A stretch of 64,000 nucleotides of DNA. Origin: a virus. Taxonomy: Duplodnaviria; Caudoviricetes. Positions 46,005-55,395 of this stretch are shown piece by piece. The notes under the pieces were generated by a model, which saw only the letters and a program-made list of their open reading frames with translations, made no database searches and was not told the DNA's origin. The stretch lies in IMG/VR virus record IMGVR_UViG_3300021060_000011, positions 32,001-96,000 of that record. The stretch is one strand, 5' to 3'. A program made the position numbers and the translations under genes. How positions within the stretch are numbered: position 1 is the stretch's first letter; the number at the start of each line of letters is the position of its first letter.

Positions 46005-46481
46005 CTAGAAGGGCAGGACGGAGAGGACGTCCTCGACGAGGCCGGCCAGGTCATCGAGGGCCGATGCGGCGATGCGGTCCCCGATCGGGATGGCCGGGAA
46101 GCCGCTGCCGCCGCCGCCAGCCTCGATGAATTCGAGGTCGATGGAGACGTAGCCGAGCTTCTCCTTGCGCCAGGACGAGCCGCAGCCCGTGCAGCGGACC
46201 TGGTGACCGCCGAGGAACGGCAACACCAGGGTGGCGACGCCGGCCGTGGAGCATGCCGCGACGAGGGCTCGGCAGCTCGCGTCAGCCTGGTCGTTGGCGA
46301 TGTAGGCCTTGATCCGGAACTTCTTGGGCAGGATGCCCATGTCCTCGGTGTCGTGCTTCTCCGCCTTCACGTAGCGGTGCACGACGACCTCACGCCCTGT
46401 GTCGGGCATGGCCTCTTCGCCCACGTAGAACGGGACGCCCCGGTAGGAGGCGCCCCGCAGCGTGTTCATCCAGTTGCGCAT
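46005..46481 (-). CDS. Mu gpN-like DNA circularisation protein, N-terminal domain
   Basis: LRGASYRGVPF, GR..VVH.Y, TEDMG, LEFIEAG. Confidence 0.85.
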   Translation of the reverse strand: MRNWMNTLRGASYRGVPFYVGEEAMPDTGREVVVHRYVKAEKHDTEDMGILPKKFRIKAYIANDQADASCRALVAACSTAGVATLVLPFLGGHQVRCTGCGSSWRKEKLGYVSIDLEFIEAGGGGSGFPAIPIGDRIAASALDDLAGLVEDVLSVLPF

Positions 46482-46484
46482 GGA

Positions 46485-49400
46485 TCAGTTCGCTCCCGGC
46501 GCGCTCGCGGCACCTGGCATGGACACGGCACCCGGCCGGCCCCCGCCCGAGTTCAGCGGGATCTTCGCGACGGCCTTGTTCGCCGCCGCGTTGACCTTGG
46601 CGTCGAGCATGTCCGTGTTGAGGGTCACGGTGATCTGGTGGTGGTTGTCGACCGTGACCGTGGCCTCGCCCGTCACCGCCGGCATCTCCGTCACCTTGGC
46701 GGTGATCTGGTCAGGCCGGACCGTCGCCTCGATGGGCTTGCCGCCGTTCGCCGCCGTGGTGGCGGAGTCGGCTGCCTTGTCGAGGGTGTTGCCGATTGCG
46801 TGCTCCTGGCCGGAGCGATCCGACCCCGAGGGCAACGACACCACCTCGACGGGGATGGTCCTGCCCCCGAACTCGGCGGGGCGTGCCGGCGGCAGGGGGA
46901 CCATCTGAGACGAGAGGGGCGGGAGCCCGCCACCTCCCACCGGCGGCTGAACGGACGGCGTGCTCTGCCGCAGGCCCTTCAGGCGCTCTTCAGCCTGGCG
47001 GATCTGCGCCTGCACCTCGGCAATCCGAGCATCCTGGCCGCTCCCGACCCCGGGCAGACCGAGATCGCTCAAGCCACCGGACTCCGACCGAAGGGTCTGT
47101 AGCTCTCGCTGGTGCCGCGCGAGGTCGTTGGTCGCAGCCGTAACGGCGGCAGAGCGATCCTTGCGCCCGGCGTCGATCAGCGATGGTACGCCGGCCGTGA
47201 CCAGGGGCGTGTTCGGTCCAACCTTCGCCGGCGGAGCCCACGACGGGAGGGCCGTCGAGCCGTCGAGGCCCGGCAGCTCGTCCCCAGGGTTCATCGTGAT
47301 GTCGGGCTTGCCGCCGTGGACGAGGCCCTTCTTCTCGTCGCCGAGAGCATAGAGCACACCTGCCGCGGCCGCACCCGCAAGGGTGAGGGTGCCGAGCATC
47401 GTGACGACACCGGCACCGGCTGCGAGGGCCGGAAGGCCCAGGAGTGCGCCGGTGATCTTCATGGTGCCGGCGAGACCGGCCGTCGCCGCCCCGAGGGTGG
47501 TCAGGCCGGCAGCGACCTGGATGGTCTTGTCGTCGAGCCCGGAAAAGCCGTCGACGGCCTTTCCGGTGGCGTCCGCGATGACCTTGACCGGTCCGGTGAT
47601 GGCCTCGCCGATGCGAACGGTCGCGTTTTCGAACGAGCCCTTCATGTTGGTGATCGAGCCGTAGAGGCCCGCGAGGATCTCGTCGGCCTTCTTCTTGGCA
47701 TAGTCCGGATCGTCGCCGGCGGCCTTGATCTGGGCCCGGGACGCCTTGAACTCTTCCCATTGGCGCTGGGTGATCGCGCCCTTGCCGCCGTGCTTGTCCG
47801 TCAGGATGGCGTTGAGCTGGGCCAGGGTCGCGTTCGAGGACATGAGGGCATCGAGCAGCCCCTCCGCATCCACCGACTGGGCGCCGACCTTGTGGTAGTT
47901 CCCCGCCGCCTTTGCCGCGACCTTGGCGTCGGAGGCGCGCACCTTGCCCTTCTTCGTCTTGCCCAGCATGGGGCTGACGGCTTCCGTCACCGCCTCGACG
48001 TACTTGCCACGGTCGGCGATCAGCGCCTTGTCGGCGTTGATCGCGTCGACCCTCTTGCGGATCTCGGGGGTGAAGCTCTTGCCCATGTCGAGCCGGAACT
48101 GGCCTTCGAGAGCGCTCGTGCTGAGCTTGTCCGGCATCCGGACGAACTTCGAATGCTCGATTCCCGCGGCGTTGTAGGCTGCGAGACCTTTGTTGGTGGG
48201 GCTGACGAGCTTGTTGGCCGCCGAGCGCATGAACACGCCGGCCTCGTCGCCGCGCAGGCCGCCGCGCCGTGCCAGGGCGCCGAGTGACATGGTGGTGTCG
48301 GTGGTCAGACCCGAAGCCGTCGCGGAGGCCGCCGCGTACTTCATGTACTGGGCGACGTCCTCGCCGGACATGCCACCCAGCTTGGCCATCTTGACCATCT
48401 GGTTCGTGGCCTTGTTGGCCTCGGCGAGGGCCTTTTCCTTGGTCGAGATGTCCTTGCCGGTCGCCTGGAGGTAGGAGCGGATCGTCTCCGCCCCTTCCTT
48501 CAGGTCCGTCTCCATCAGGGTCGCATAGTTGCGCACGTTGGCGACGATGCCCTGCGCGACCTCGGCCTTGAGCTGTGAGCCGAACTCGGCCGGCAGGCCC
48601 TGCATGGCGGCGGTCTGCGCCTTCACCACGTCGGTGTTCGAGAACTGCGTCTCCTGGCCGATCTGCTTGGCCTGTTTCAGCAGCCCATCCTGATCGGGCA
48701 GGTCGAGTTCGGTGAAGACCCTCTGCTTGCGGACGGCCTGATCGAAGTCGGCGGCGGCATCGACCGCGGCGAGGCCGATCTGCTTGCCCTTGTGGGCCGC
48801 CATGATGCCGGCGCCAGCGGCGACGGTGCCGGCGGCCTCACGCCGTGCCGAGCGTCGCTCGGCGTGGGCGGTGGCCCGAGCCTCTTCGGCATCCCGGCGC
48901 ACGCGCTCGCGTTCGGCGCGCTCGATGCGCCCCGGAGCGCTCATGCCCTCGGTGAGGCGGCGCCCATCCTCGATGTGGCGGGCCGTGCGCCGGCCTTCGA
49001 CGCCCATACCGGCGACCAGATCGCCGCTGGCCGTCGCTCGGCGCCGGATCTCGGCCTGCTGTGCCTCCTGGGCCTGCCGGAGCCGCGCAGCCCTCTCGGC
49101 ACGCGCCGGCGCACTCATGCCGTCCGCCAGACGGCGGTTGATGGCGATCTGGTCCGAGGTCTGCCGGCCGACCGCCCCCATCCCGGCGGTCATGCTGTGC
49201 GTGGCCTGCTGGATGCTGCCCTGCCGCAGCATGGCGGCGTTGGTGTCCTCCACGACGTTCTTCAGCCGCGTCTGCTCGGACGCGAGCTTGGCGACCGAGA
49301 CGCCCGAGGCCTCGGCGTGATGCTTGGAGGCCTTCAGCGCCACGGCCTGAGCGTCGTAGACCTCGGAGGCGCTCTTCACCGAGCGTTGGGCTGCGGTGAG

Positions 49401-49784
49401 GGCCTTCTCGACGGTGGCGACCCGTTTGCGGGCCGCCGTCATCTCGCTGGCGATCGCGCTCCCCTTCGAGAACGTCTTGATCCCGTCGAAGGCGGCCGCC
49501 GCTTTCCGGGCGCCGTCTAGCTCCTTTGCGAGCCGGGCTACCTGCTGCTGCGTCCCCCGGAAATGCTCACGGGCCTGAGCGAAGGTCGCCTGCGATCCGC
49601 GGAACTTGTCGATGCTGCGGAGGCTGTTGTTGGCGGCGTCGAGCTGCTTTGCCAGGCGCCCGACCTCGGCAGAGACCTTGGCCCCCTTGCCGACCTCGCG
49701 GAACTTCTTCGAGATCTTGTCGAATACCGCGCCGGTGCGATCCTCGGCCGAGATGACGGCCTTGGCTTCGATAATCCTGCCCAT
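46485..49784 (-). CDS. Tail tape measure protein
   Basis: 1099 aa, Ala-rich helical; GLRGDEAGVFMR TP901-like core. Confidence 0.9.
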   Translation of the reverse strand: MGRIIEAKAVISAEDRTGAVFDKISKKFREVGKGAKVSAEVGRLAKQLDAANNSLRSIDKFRGSQATFAQAREHFRGTQQQVARLAKELDGARKAAAAFDGIKTFSKGSAIASEMTAARKRVATVEKALTAAQRSVKSASEVYDAQAVALKASKHHAEASGVSVAKLASEQTRLKNVVEDTNAAMLRQGSIQQATHSMTAGMGAVGRQTSDQIAINRRLADGMSAPARAERAARLRQAQEAQQAEIRRRATASGDLVAGMGVEGRRTARHIEDGRRLTEGMSAPGRIERAERERVRRDAEEARATAHAERRSARREAAGTVAAGAGIMAAHKGKQIGLAAVDAAADFDQAVRKQRVFTELDLPDQDGLLKQAKQIGQETQFSNTDVVKAQTAAMQGLPAEFGSQLKAEVAQGIVANVRNYATLMETDLKEGAETIRSYLQATGKDISTKEKALAEANKATNQMVKMAKLGGMSGEDVAQYMKYAAASATASGLTTDTTMSLGALARRGGLRGDEAGVFMRSAANKLVSPTNKGLAAYNAAGIEHSKFVRMPDKLSTSALEGQFRLDMGKSFTPEIRKRVDAINADKALIADRGKYVEAVTEAVSPMLGKTKKGKVRASDAKVAAKAAGNYHKVGAQSVDAEGLLDALMSSNATLAQLNAILTDKHGGKGAITQRQWEEFKASRAQIKAAGDDPDYAKKKADEILAGLYGSITNMKGSFENATVRIGEAITGPVKVIADATGKAVDGFSGLDDKTIQVAAGLTTLGAATAGLAGTMKITGALLGLPALAAGAGVVTMLGTLTLAGAAAAGVLYALGDEKKGLVHGGKPDITMNPGDELPGLDGSTALPSWAPPAKVGPNTPLVTAGVPSLIDAGRKDRSAAVTAATNDLARHQRELQTLRSESGGLSDLGLPGVGSGQDARIAEVQAQIRQAEERLKGLRQSTPSVQPPVGGGGLPPLSSQMVPLPPARPAEFGGRTIPVEVVSLPSGSDRSGQEHAIGNTLDKAADSATTAANGGKPIEATVRPDQITAKVTEMPAVTGEATVTVDNHHQITVTLNTDMLDAKVNAAANKAVAKIPLNSGGGRPGAVSMPGAASAPGAN

Positions 49785-49905
49785 GGTCAGCGCCGCCCTT
49801 TGCCTGCCGCCTCCCGCTTGCGCTTCTCAGCGCGGGCAAGGGCTCGTCCGTACCAGTGCAGGATCTGCGTCGGGGTGAGCCGCCCGACCGCGTCGAGGGG
49901 CTGGT

Positions 49906-50256
49906 TCAGCTCGAGGACGAGGTCGTCTGCGAGGTCGCCGAGGTTTCGCTGGCCTCGTCGAGATCCTGGAAAAAACCGAGGATCGCCTTGCGCACCTCGC
50001 GGGCCGCGCGCCAATCGGCCTTGAGCAGGAGCAGCGGATCGGCCGGCTCGACGATGCAGGCCTCGGCATAGGCCCAGATGACCTCGGGCTTCTCGGCCGA
50101 GAACAGGGTGCCCTCCTCCGACCGACCGATCGAGTAGGGCTCGCCGCCGCATTCGACGTAGTCGTTGTAGGTGGGCTGGCGCAGGACGATCGCGGTGATC
50201 GCGCCGTTGTGCCCGACGAGCGGCTCGGACAACGGGATGCTGACGGGTTTGGACAT
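49906..50256 (-). CDS. Tail assembly chaperone (G); -1 frameshift extension ends at 49787
   Basis: Between tube and TMP; T TTT TTC slippery site at 49969-49975. Confidence 0.8.
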   Translation of the reverse strand: MSKPVSIPLSEPLVGHNGAITAIVLRQPTYNDYVECGGEPYSIGRSEEGTLFSAEKPEVIWAYAEACIVEPADPLLLLKADWRAAREVRKAILGFFQDLDEASETSATSQTTSSSS

Positions 50257-50320
50257 CGGGGCCTCGGGGCGCGGAAAAGGGGGATTGGCGGGCCGCGCGA
50301 ACGCGACCCGGGCAGGCCGA

Positions 50321-50683
50321 TCAGACGGCCTGGTACTTGTCGGTCTCGATGCTGAGGCCCGAGACCTCGCCGGACTCGCTGTCGATCGAGGGCTCGCCGG
50401 ACCAGTTCGCCCGGGTGAACAGGTGGGTCACCTTCACGTCGGTCTCGCTGAAGGTGACGTTCAGCTCCTGGAGCATCATCGCCTCGTCCCAGCGCAGGCC
50501 GATGCCGCGGTCGAAGCTCAGATCGAGCTTGGCCAGCTTCGGCTTGACGGTGGAGTAGCCGGTGCCGTCCGAGTTGACGTCGTTCTCACGGATCGCCGTC
50601 GCCGGCATGATCGTGGCCTTGCCGCGACCCGAATAGGTGCGGCCGTTGATGTCGAGCGTGAATCGCCCGCCCTTGGTATCCAT
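50321..50683 (-). CDS. Tail tube protein (Mu-like)
   Basis: 120 aa directly after the sheath. Confidence 0.8.
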   Translation of the reverse strand: MDTKGGRFTLDINGRTYSGRGKATIMPATAIRENDVNSDGTGYSTVKPKLAKLDLSFDRGIGLRWDEAMMLQELNVTFSETDVKVTHLFTRANWSGEPSIDSESGEVSGLSIETDKYQAV

Positions 50684-50766
50684 GACCGAGGTCTCCGGAA
50701 GTCAGGTAGTGTGCGGAATGGCGGAGCGCGGCAGGGCCGGGCGCAGGGGCCCGGCCCGCGAAGGCG

Positions 50767-52308
50767 CTACTGGAGGGAGGCGTTCGCCTCGGTCAGCTCC
50801 TGGAAGAGCGTGATGTTGGCCGCGAAGATCCGAAGCTGGTTCGCCTGGTCGATGGGCAGGTAGACGTTGAGCCGGTTCGGATCGGCCGAGCGCTCGACGA
50901 TGAGGTACTTGGCGAACAGCGCCGGCTTCTCGACGATGCCCGCCACCTCCGACAGCTCGGTGTAGGCGTGCACCATCATGGCGCGGACCTGGGCCGGGGT
51001 GACCACGCCCTGGAGCGCGCGCGGGTTGTCGTCGCGCAGGACATGCCGCGGGTAGGTCGAAGTGACCCGGGTGCGGATGTACCGCTTCACGTAGGCCGCG
51101 ATCGCGATGGACTCGACGTCGAGGAACGTGATGTCCGGCGAGCCGTAGGCGTTGGTCTGGTAGGTCGTGAGGACCCGGTCGACCGCCATGGTGCCGTCGT
51201 TGTTGACGGTGAGCGCCGAGATGCCGTTGCGGTAGAGGCTGTCCCGGTCGGCGAGCGCCCAGCGGTCGGCGTCGGCCTTGGGCGCGCGGATGCCGGAGAT
51301 CACCAGCGTCTGGAGCGGCCGTGCGATCTCGATGGCCTCGGTGAGCGGGCGACCGAGGTTCTTCGAGAACGCCACGATGCCCGACAGGCCCGCCACCACC
51401 GACCACAGCGGGTGCGGATAGTTCAGGGTGCCGAGCACCGTCACGTGCCGATCGTTGCGGGCGGCGCCGAACGTGGTCTGGGAGCTAAGGTTGCCGTCCC
51501 GGGCTGTGATGTAGTGGCCGTCGAGGCCCACGGTGGGCGACCAGCGGCCGGTGCCGGAATCCGAGAGGAAGTCGCGCACGGCGTTGAGCTGTGAGGTCAG
51601 GGCGTAGGGCGAGGCGATCCAGTCGAACTGGGTCGAGCCGAACGCAGCCAGGGCCGCCGCGATGTCGACGTCGCCGGCGCCACCCGTCATGGCATTGAGG
51701 GTCACGACCAAGCCGGCCGGGTCGAACTCGTCGCCGTCGAGGCCCGCCTCGATGCGGATGCCGTTGCCCTCGGAGCCCGCATGGCGGGCGGTGAGGGTTA
51801 CGGTGCCGGTGACCGCGACAGCGGTGACCGGGGCGCCCATGCGGCGGTTGAACTTGCCGTAGCCCTTGGCGATGGCGGCCGAGAGCGCGGCGCCGACGAC
51901 GGTGGCGGTGTCGCCGACGGCCACGCCGACGGAGTAGCGCTCGCCGCCGATGTAGCGGACCAGGGTGCCGGAGGCGGTGGCCGTGCCGGTGATCGCGATG
52001 GAGCCGGTGGCCGCGACGGCACCGGCCGGATCGCCGACGTCCATCGCCCAGATCTCGCCGACCGGGTTATGGTAGCGCGCGTAGGCGACCATGTCGGCCA
52101 GCATCGAGCCGCGGCCCGCGAGCGCGTTCGGATCGACGGAGCCGATGTTCTGCGGCTTGAGCGCGGTGAGGGTGGACAGGCCGGCGAGCTTGCGGCCGAG
52201 CAGGATCAGGCGGGAGGTGCCGGAGTAGGGCGGCTGGCCCGCGTTGACCTCGGCGTAGAACAGCGGGACGCGGATGTCCCCGGGGGTGTTGTTGAAGGCG
52301 ACGGACAA
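50767..52308 (-). CDS. Tail sheath protein (Mu gpL-like)
   Basis: IRVPLFYAEV, GRGSMLADM, ARPLQTL, TTYQTNAYG.PD; TTG start. Confidence 0.92.
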   Translation of the reverse strand: MSVAFNNTPGDIRVPLFYAEVNAGQPPYSGTSRLILLGRKLAGLSTLTALKPQNIGSVDPNALAGRGSMLADMVAYARYHNPVGEIWAMDVGDPAGAVAATGSIAITGTATASGTLVRYIGGERYSVGVAVGDTATVVGAALSAAIAKGYGKFNRRMGAPVTAVAVTGTVTLTARHAGSEGNGIRIEAGLDGDEFDPAGLVVTLNAMTGGAGDVDIAAALAAFGSTQFDWIASPYALTSQLNAVRDFLSDSGTGRWSPTVGLDGHYITARDGNLSSQTTFGAARNDRHVTVLGTLNYPHPLWSVVAGLSGIVAFSKNLGRPLTEAIEIARPLQTLVISGIRAPKADADRWALADRDSLYRNGISALTVNNDGTMAVDRVLTTYQTNAYGSPDITFLDVESIAIAAYVKRYIRTRVTSTYPRHVLRDDNPRALQGVVTPAQVRAMMVHAYTELSEVAGIVEKPALFAKYLIVERSADPNRLNVYLPIDQANQLRIFAANITLFQELTEANASLQ

Positions 52309-52320
52309 AGCGGGCGCTCC

Positions 52321-52348
52321 AAAAGAAAAGGCCGCCTCGCGGCGGCCT
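52321..52348 (-). terminator. Intra-operon intrinsic terminator just upstream of the sheath gene
   Basis: aggccgcc-gcga-ggcggcct hairpin followed by TTTTCTTTT on the minus strand. Confidence 0.65.
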
Positions 52349-52380
52349 CATGGGTTGGGTCTGGGAAGGGCTTGGGGCGG

Positions 52381-52614
52381 TCAGCCGGCCTTGGATCGGG
52401 CCGGGGGCGCCGGGTCCGGCTCGGGCGCCGGTGCTTCGTCCGCCGCCTCGGGAACGGCGTCGGTCAGGTCCGAGACGGCGATCTCGCCACGGGCCTCACG
52501 GGCCGCCCAGTAGGCGGACCACGTGACGGGGAGCCCGTCGGCGGGCAGGTCGCAGCCGCGCTCGGGATCGGGGATCGTGGCCGTGGGATCGGCCGGGGTG
52601 ACGTGCTTGCGCAT
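52381..52614 (-). CDS. DUF2635-like small tail protein
   Basis: IPDPERG..LPADG..V.WSAYW..R...GEI. Confidence 0.75.
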   Translation of the reverse strand: MRKHVTPADPTATIPDPERGCDLPADGLPVTWSAYWAAREARGEIAVSDLTDAVPEAADEAPAPEPDPAPPARSKAG

Positions 52615-53390
52615 CAGGCGCTCCAATCCGGGATGGCGACCCTGTCCCCGACCGTCGCGCCAGTGGCGATGTCGTGGGCCCGATCCGGCGCGATGTCCGG
52701 GTCGAAGGGCTGCGGGGCGTGGGTGATATCGGCCCCGAGGAACGGGATCCTGGGCTCGGCGGAGAGCGCGGCGTTCAGCTTCACGCAGGTCTGCCGGCCC
52801 GAACCTTCGGGCAGGCCGGCGGCCACGGTTCGCAGCGGCTCAGGCAGTTGGGCGAACGGCCCGGCCGGGACATCGCGGACATCCCGCTGGTCCTCGCCCT
52901 TCAGCTCGACGCGTAGGGTCAGGAGCCGGATCGCCAACTTCTCGCCGGTCTGGTCTGTGGCGAAGCGCGAGGACTTCATCTTGGGCACGCGCCGGGTCAC
53001 GGCGGTGCGCAGGAGGTAGGCCTGCGGCGTCTCCCCGGCGGTGATCGCCTCAACGGCACGTTCCTCGAGGAGGTCGAGCATGGCCTCTAGCTCGCGGTCC
53101 GTGCCGACGTAGTTCAGAGCCATCTCGTCGCCCTGCCCCGAAACCGCGTTCATCGCGATCTCGATGACGAGGTCGCACACGTGGTTGAAGGGGGCGCCGC
53201 CGTTGTTCTTCGACCAAGCCTCGGCCTCGTCCTCCTCGGTGGTGAGCACCATGACGGGGACCGGCTCGCGGTGGTCGAAATCCGCGATGCGGGAATCGTA
53301 GATGCGACCCTGCACGAAGAAGTCGACGACGGGATCGGCGTTGAGCGCCTCAATCGCCTGGAGGCGCAGCGCGGTCCGGGCGAGGCTCAT
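52614..53390 (-). CDS. Putative tail terminator/completion protein
   Basis: Position between head-tail joining and sheath genes. Confidence 0.6.
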   Translation of the reverse strand: MSLARTALRLQAIEALNADPVVDFFVQGRIYDSRIADFDHREPVPVMVLTTEEDEAEAWSKNNGGAPFNHVCDLVIEIAMNAVSGQGDEMALNYVGTDRELEAMLDLLEERAVEAITAGETPQAYLLRTAVTRRVPKMKSSRFATDQTGEKLAIRLLTLRVELKGEDQRDVRDVPAGPFAQLPEPLRTVAAGLPEGSGRQTCVKLNAALSAEPRIPFLGADITHAPQPFDPDIAPDRAHDIATGATVGDRVAIPDWSA

Positions 53391-53797
53391 CGGATCTCCG
53401 CCAGCATGACGAGGGCGCGGCCGAAGTCGACGGCCTTGAACCGGGTGACGGTGAAGCGCTCGCCGGTGTCGTCTCGGCGGACGATGTCTCCCAAGTGCGG
53501 CCGCTCCAGGAGCGAGTGCAGATCGACATCCACCATGGGCTGCTCGGCGACGACGCCGCGCGTGGTGGAGTCGGTCATGGCGCGGCCATGGGCGTGGAGC
53601 ACGGCGCCGGCCGCGATCCAGACGCCCTGGAACGGGTAGCTCACCCGGATCGTGCTCGGCACGGTCCCGGCGTTGACGTCGACGCGGCCCGCCGTGGTGG
53701 CGGGCCGCGCGCGACCTTCGATGGTGAAGCCTTCTGCGAACACGGCATCGACTGTCGCCGAAGCGGCTGAGGCTAGGGCGGCAAAGAGCGAGGGCAT
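53387..53797 (-). CDS. Head-tail joining protein
   Basis: Position after the capsid gene; FII-like size. Confidence 0.6.
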   Translation of the reverse strand: MPSLFAALASAASATVDAVFAEGFTIEGRARPATTAGRVDVNAGTVPSTIRVSYPFQGVWIAAGAVLHAHGRAMTDSTTRGVVAEQPMVDVDLHSLLERPHLGDIVRRDDTGERFTVTRFKAVDFGRALVMLAEIR

Positions 53798-53823
53798 GTC
53801 GCGGAAGGCCTATCGTTCGAGGG

Positions 53824-54852
53824 TCAGTTGACCTTGGCGCAGAAGCTCGCGTTCACGCGGGACGGCACCACCAGGGGGGCCGACTCGGAGTAGGCGTTGC
53901 GACGCGAGGGGTTCTCGGTGTCGTAGACCTTGCGGAAGATCTCCTGGGGCACGAGCGACGCGACATCCTGGATGGCGCCGAACGCACGCACGCCCTCGAT
54001 CGCGGGCGAGCCCATGATGACGTTGAAGTCATCGATGAACCGCTCGGAGGTGCCGTCGCCCTGCTCGAAGCTCTGCTGGTAGACCCAGAACTCGAAGTCG
54101 CCGATGGCACCGACGTAACGGGCGCGGGTGACGTCGTCGGGCTTGATCGGACCGAGCTCGACGTTGCCGGTGGCCTGACGGCGGACGTCGAGGACCTTGC
54201 GGAAGTCTTCGTCCTGGCGGGCGAGCTTCCAGGCGCCGCCGCCCAGTACCACCATGCCGGGGGCGATGCCGCACTTGTCCTGCGTGGCCTGGGCCCAGGT
54301 CTCGATGCTGTCGAGCGGCTTCACGCCAGCCTGACCCCAACGGTTCGCGCCGGTCAGAGCCACGGAGAGGGATTCGTGCCGCTCGTAATCAACCACCTGG
54401 GTCGGATAGTCCTCGCCCTCGACCTTGACCTTACCGAAGCGCAGGGCCTGGGCCGCCATCCACTCGAGGCGGTAGAGCACGGCGCGCTCCTGGGCGGCGA
54501 GCACGTCCACCATCACGGCGTCCATGCGCTCCACCGGGCTCATGTCGCCCGAGTAGCGCTCGCCGGCCATGCGCTTCATGGCGCGGCCGGGCTTCACCAC
54601 CTCGAGGAGCTTCACGTTGGCCGGCTTGAAGCTCTTCGTGATGTAGCCGCCGGAGTTCGTCGGCTTGGCCGAGGCGTCCGGATGGACGAACGGCGCGAGC
54701 TTGCGGCCGGTCTTGATCAGGTCGAAGTCGATGGTCTCGGTGTCGAAGTTCTGCACCGTGGAGAAGAACAGATCGAGCAGGAAGGTCGACGGGGTGTCGA
54801 TCCGCTCGTCCATGACGCGGGCGAGCGTGTGGGTGTCATAAACCAGGCTCAT
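53824..54852 (-). CDS. Major capsid protein, lambda gpE family
   Basis: FLLDLFF, KLAPFVHP, RLEWMAAQAL..GK, AFGAIQD, ESAPL. Confidence 0.92.
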   Translation of the reverse strand: MSLVYDTHTLARVMDERIDTPSTFLLDLFFSTVQNFDTETIDFDLIKTGRKLAPFVHPDASAKPTNSGGYITKSFKPANVKLLEVVKPGRAMKRMAGERYSGDMSPVERMDAVMVDVLAAQERAVLYRLEWMAAQALRFGKVKVEGEDYPTQVVDYERHESLSVALTGANRWGQAGVKPLDSIETWAQATQDKCGIAPGMVVLGGGAWKLARQDEDFRKVLDVRRQATGNVELGPIKPDDVTRARYVGAIGDFEFWVYQQSFEQGDGTSERFIDDFNVIMGSPAIEGVRAFGAIQDVASLVPQEIFRKVYDTENPSRRNAYSESAPLVVPSRVNASFCAKVN

Positions 54853-54953
54853 GACGGGCTCCGGATAGCGATGTCGGGGGATGGTCGGGCGGCCAGCCTC
54901 GGGGCAGGCGCATGTCACGGCACGGGCGGCTCACGGCCGCCCGGCCGGTCGGA

Positions 54954-55328
54954 TCAGAAGGTGGTCAGGCCGAGCGGCTTGCGCAGGAACAGGGGCGTTC
55001 CCTCGAAGGCGATGCGGACGTCCTCGGCCGAGAAGCTGGGGTCGATCACCAGCATGTCCGGGTTGAAGACGCCGGCCTTGTAGGTCGGGCCCACAGCGTC
55101 CGCGGCGGAGGCATCGACGTCGGCGACCGCGATGCCGACGGGCTTCTGGGAGCCGTCGGTCGCGGTCTTCACCGCCTTCTTCAGCTTGCCGGTGGCCGTC
55201 ACCCGGCCGACCACGGTGAGAGCCGCGACGAGGGCGCCGGTGAGGAAGGTCTCGGGCTCGGAGTAGACCGGCATGGTGCCGGTGATCAGGGCCTCGGGGC
55301 GGTAGGTGTTGGTCTCGTTGAGGGCCAT
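54954..55328 (-). CDS. Head decoration protein (lambda gpD-like)
   Basis: DGSQKPVGI, YKAGVFN; upstream of the capsid gene. Confidence 0.82.
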   Translation of the reverse strand: MALNETNTYRPEALITGTMPVYSEPETFLTGALVAALTVVGRVTATGKLKKAVKTATDGSQKPVGIAVADVDASAADAVGPTYKAGVFNPDMLVIDPSFSAEDVRIAFEGTPLFLRKPLGLTTF

Positions 55329-55395
55329 GGTGGCTCACTCCTGGTTCTCGGCGCACCGCGCCAGGGATCGGTGGGGTTGGGCCGCGACCTGCAGC

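Noticed and set aside
48900-49200. Internal duplication in the tape measure (AGMG...RRL.GMSAP.R.ERA)
   Set aside because: Repeat expansion is ordinary for tape measure proteins.
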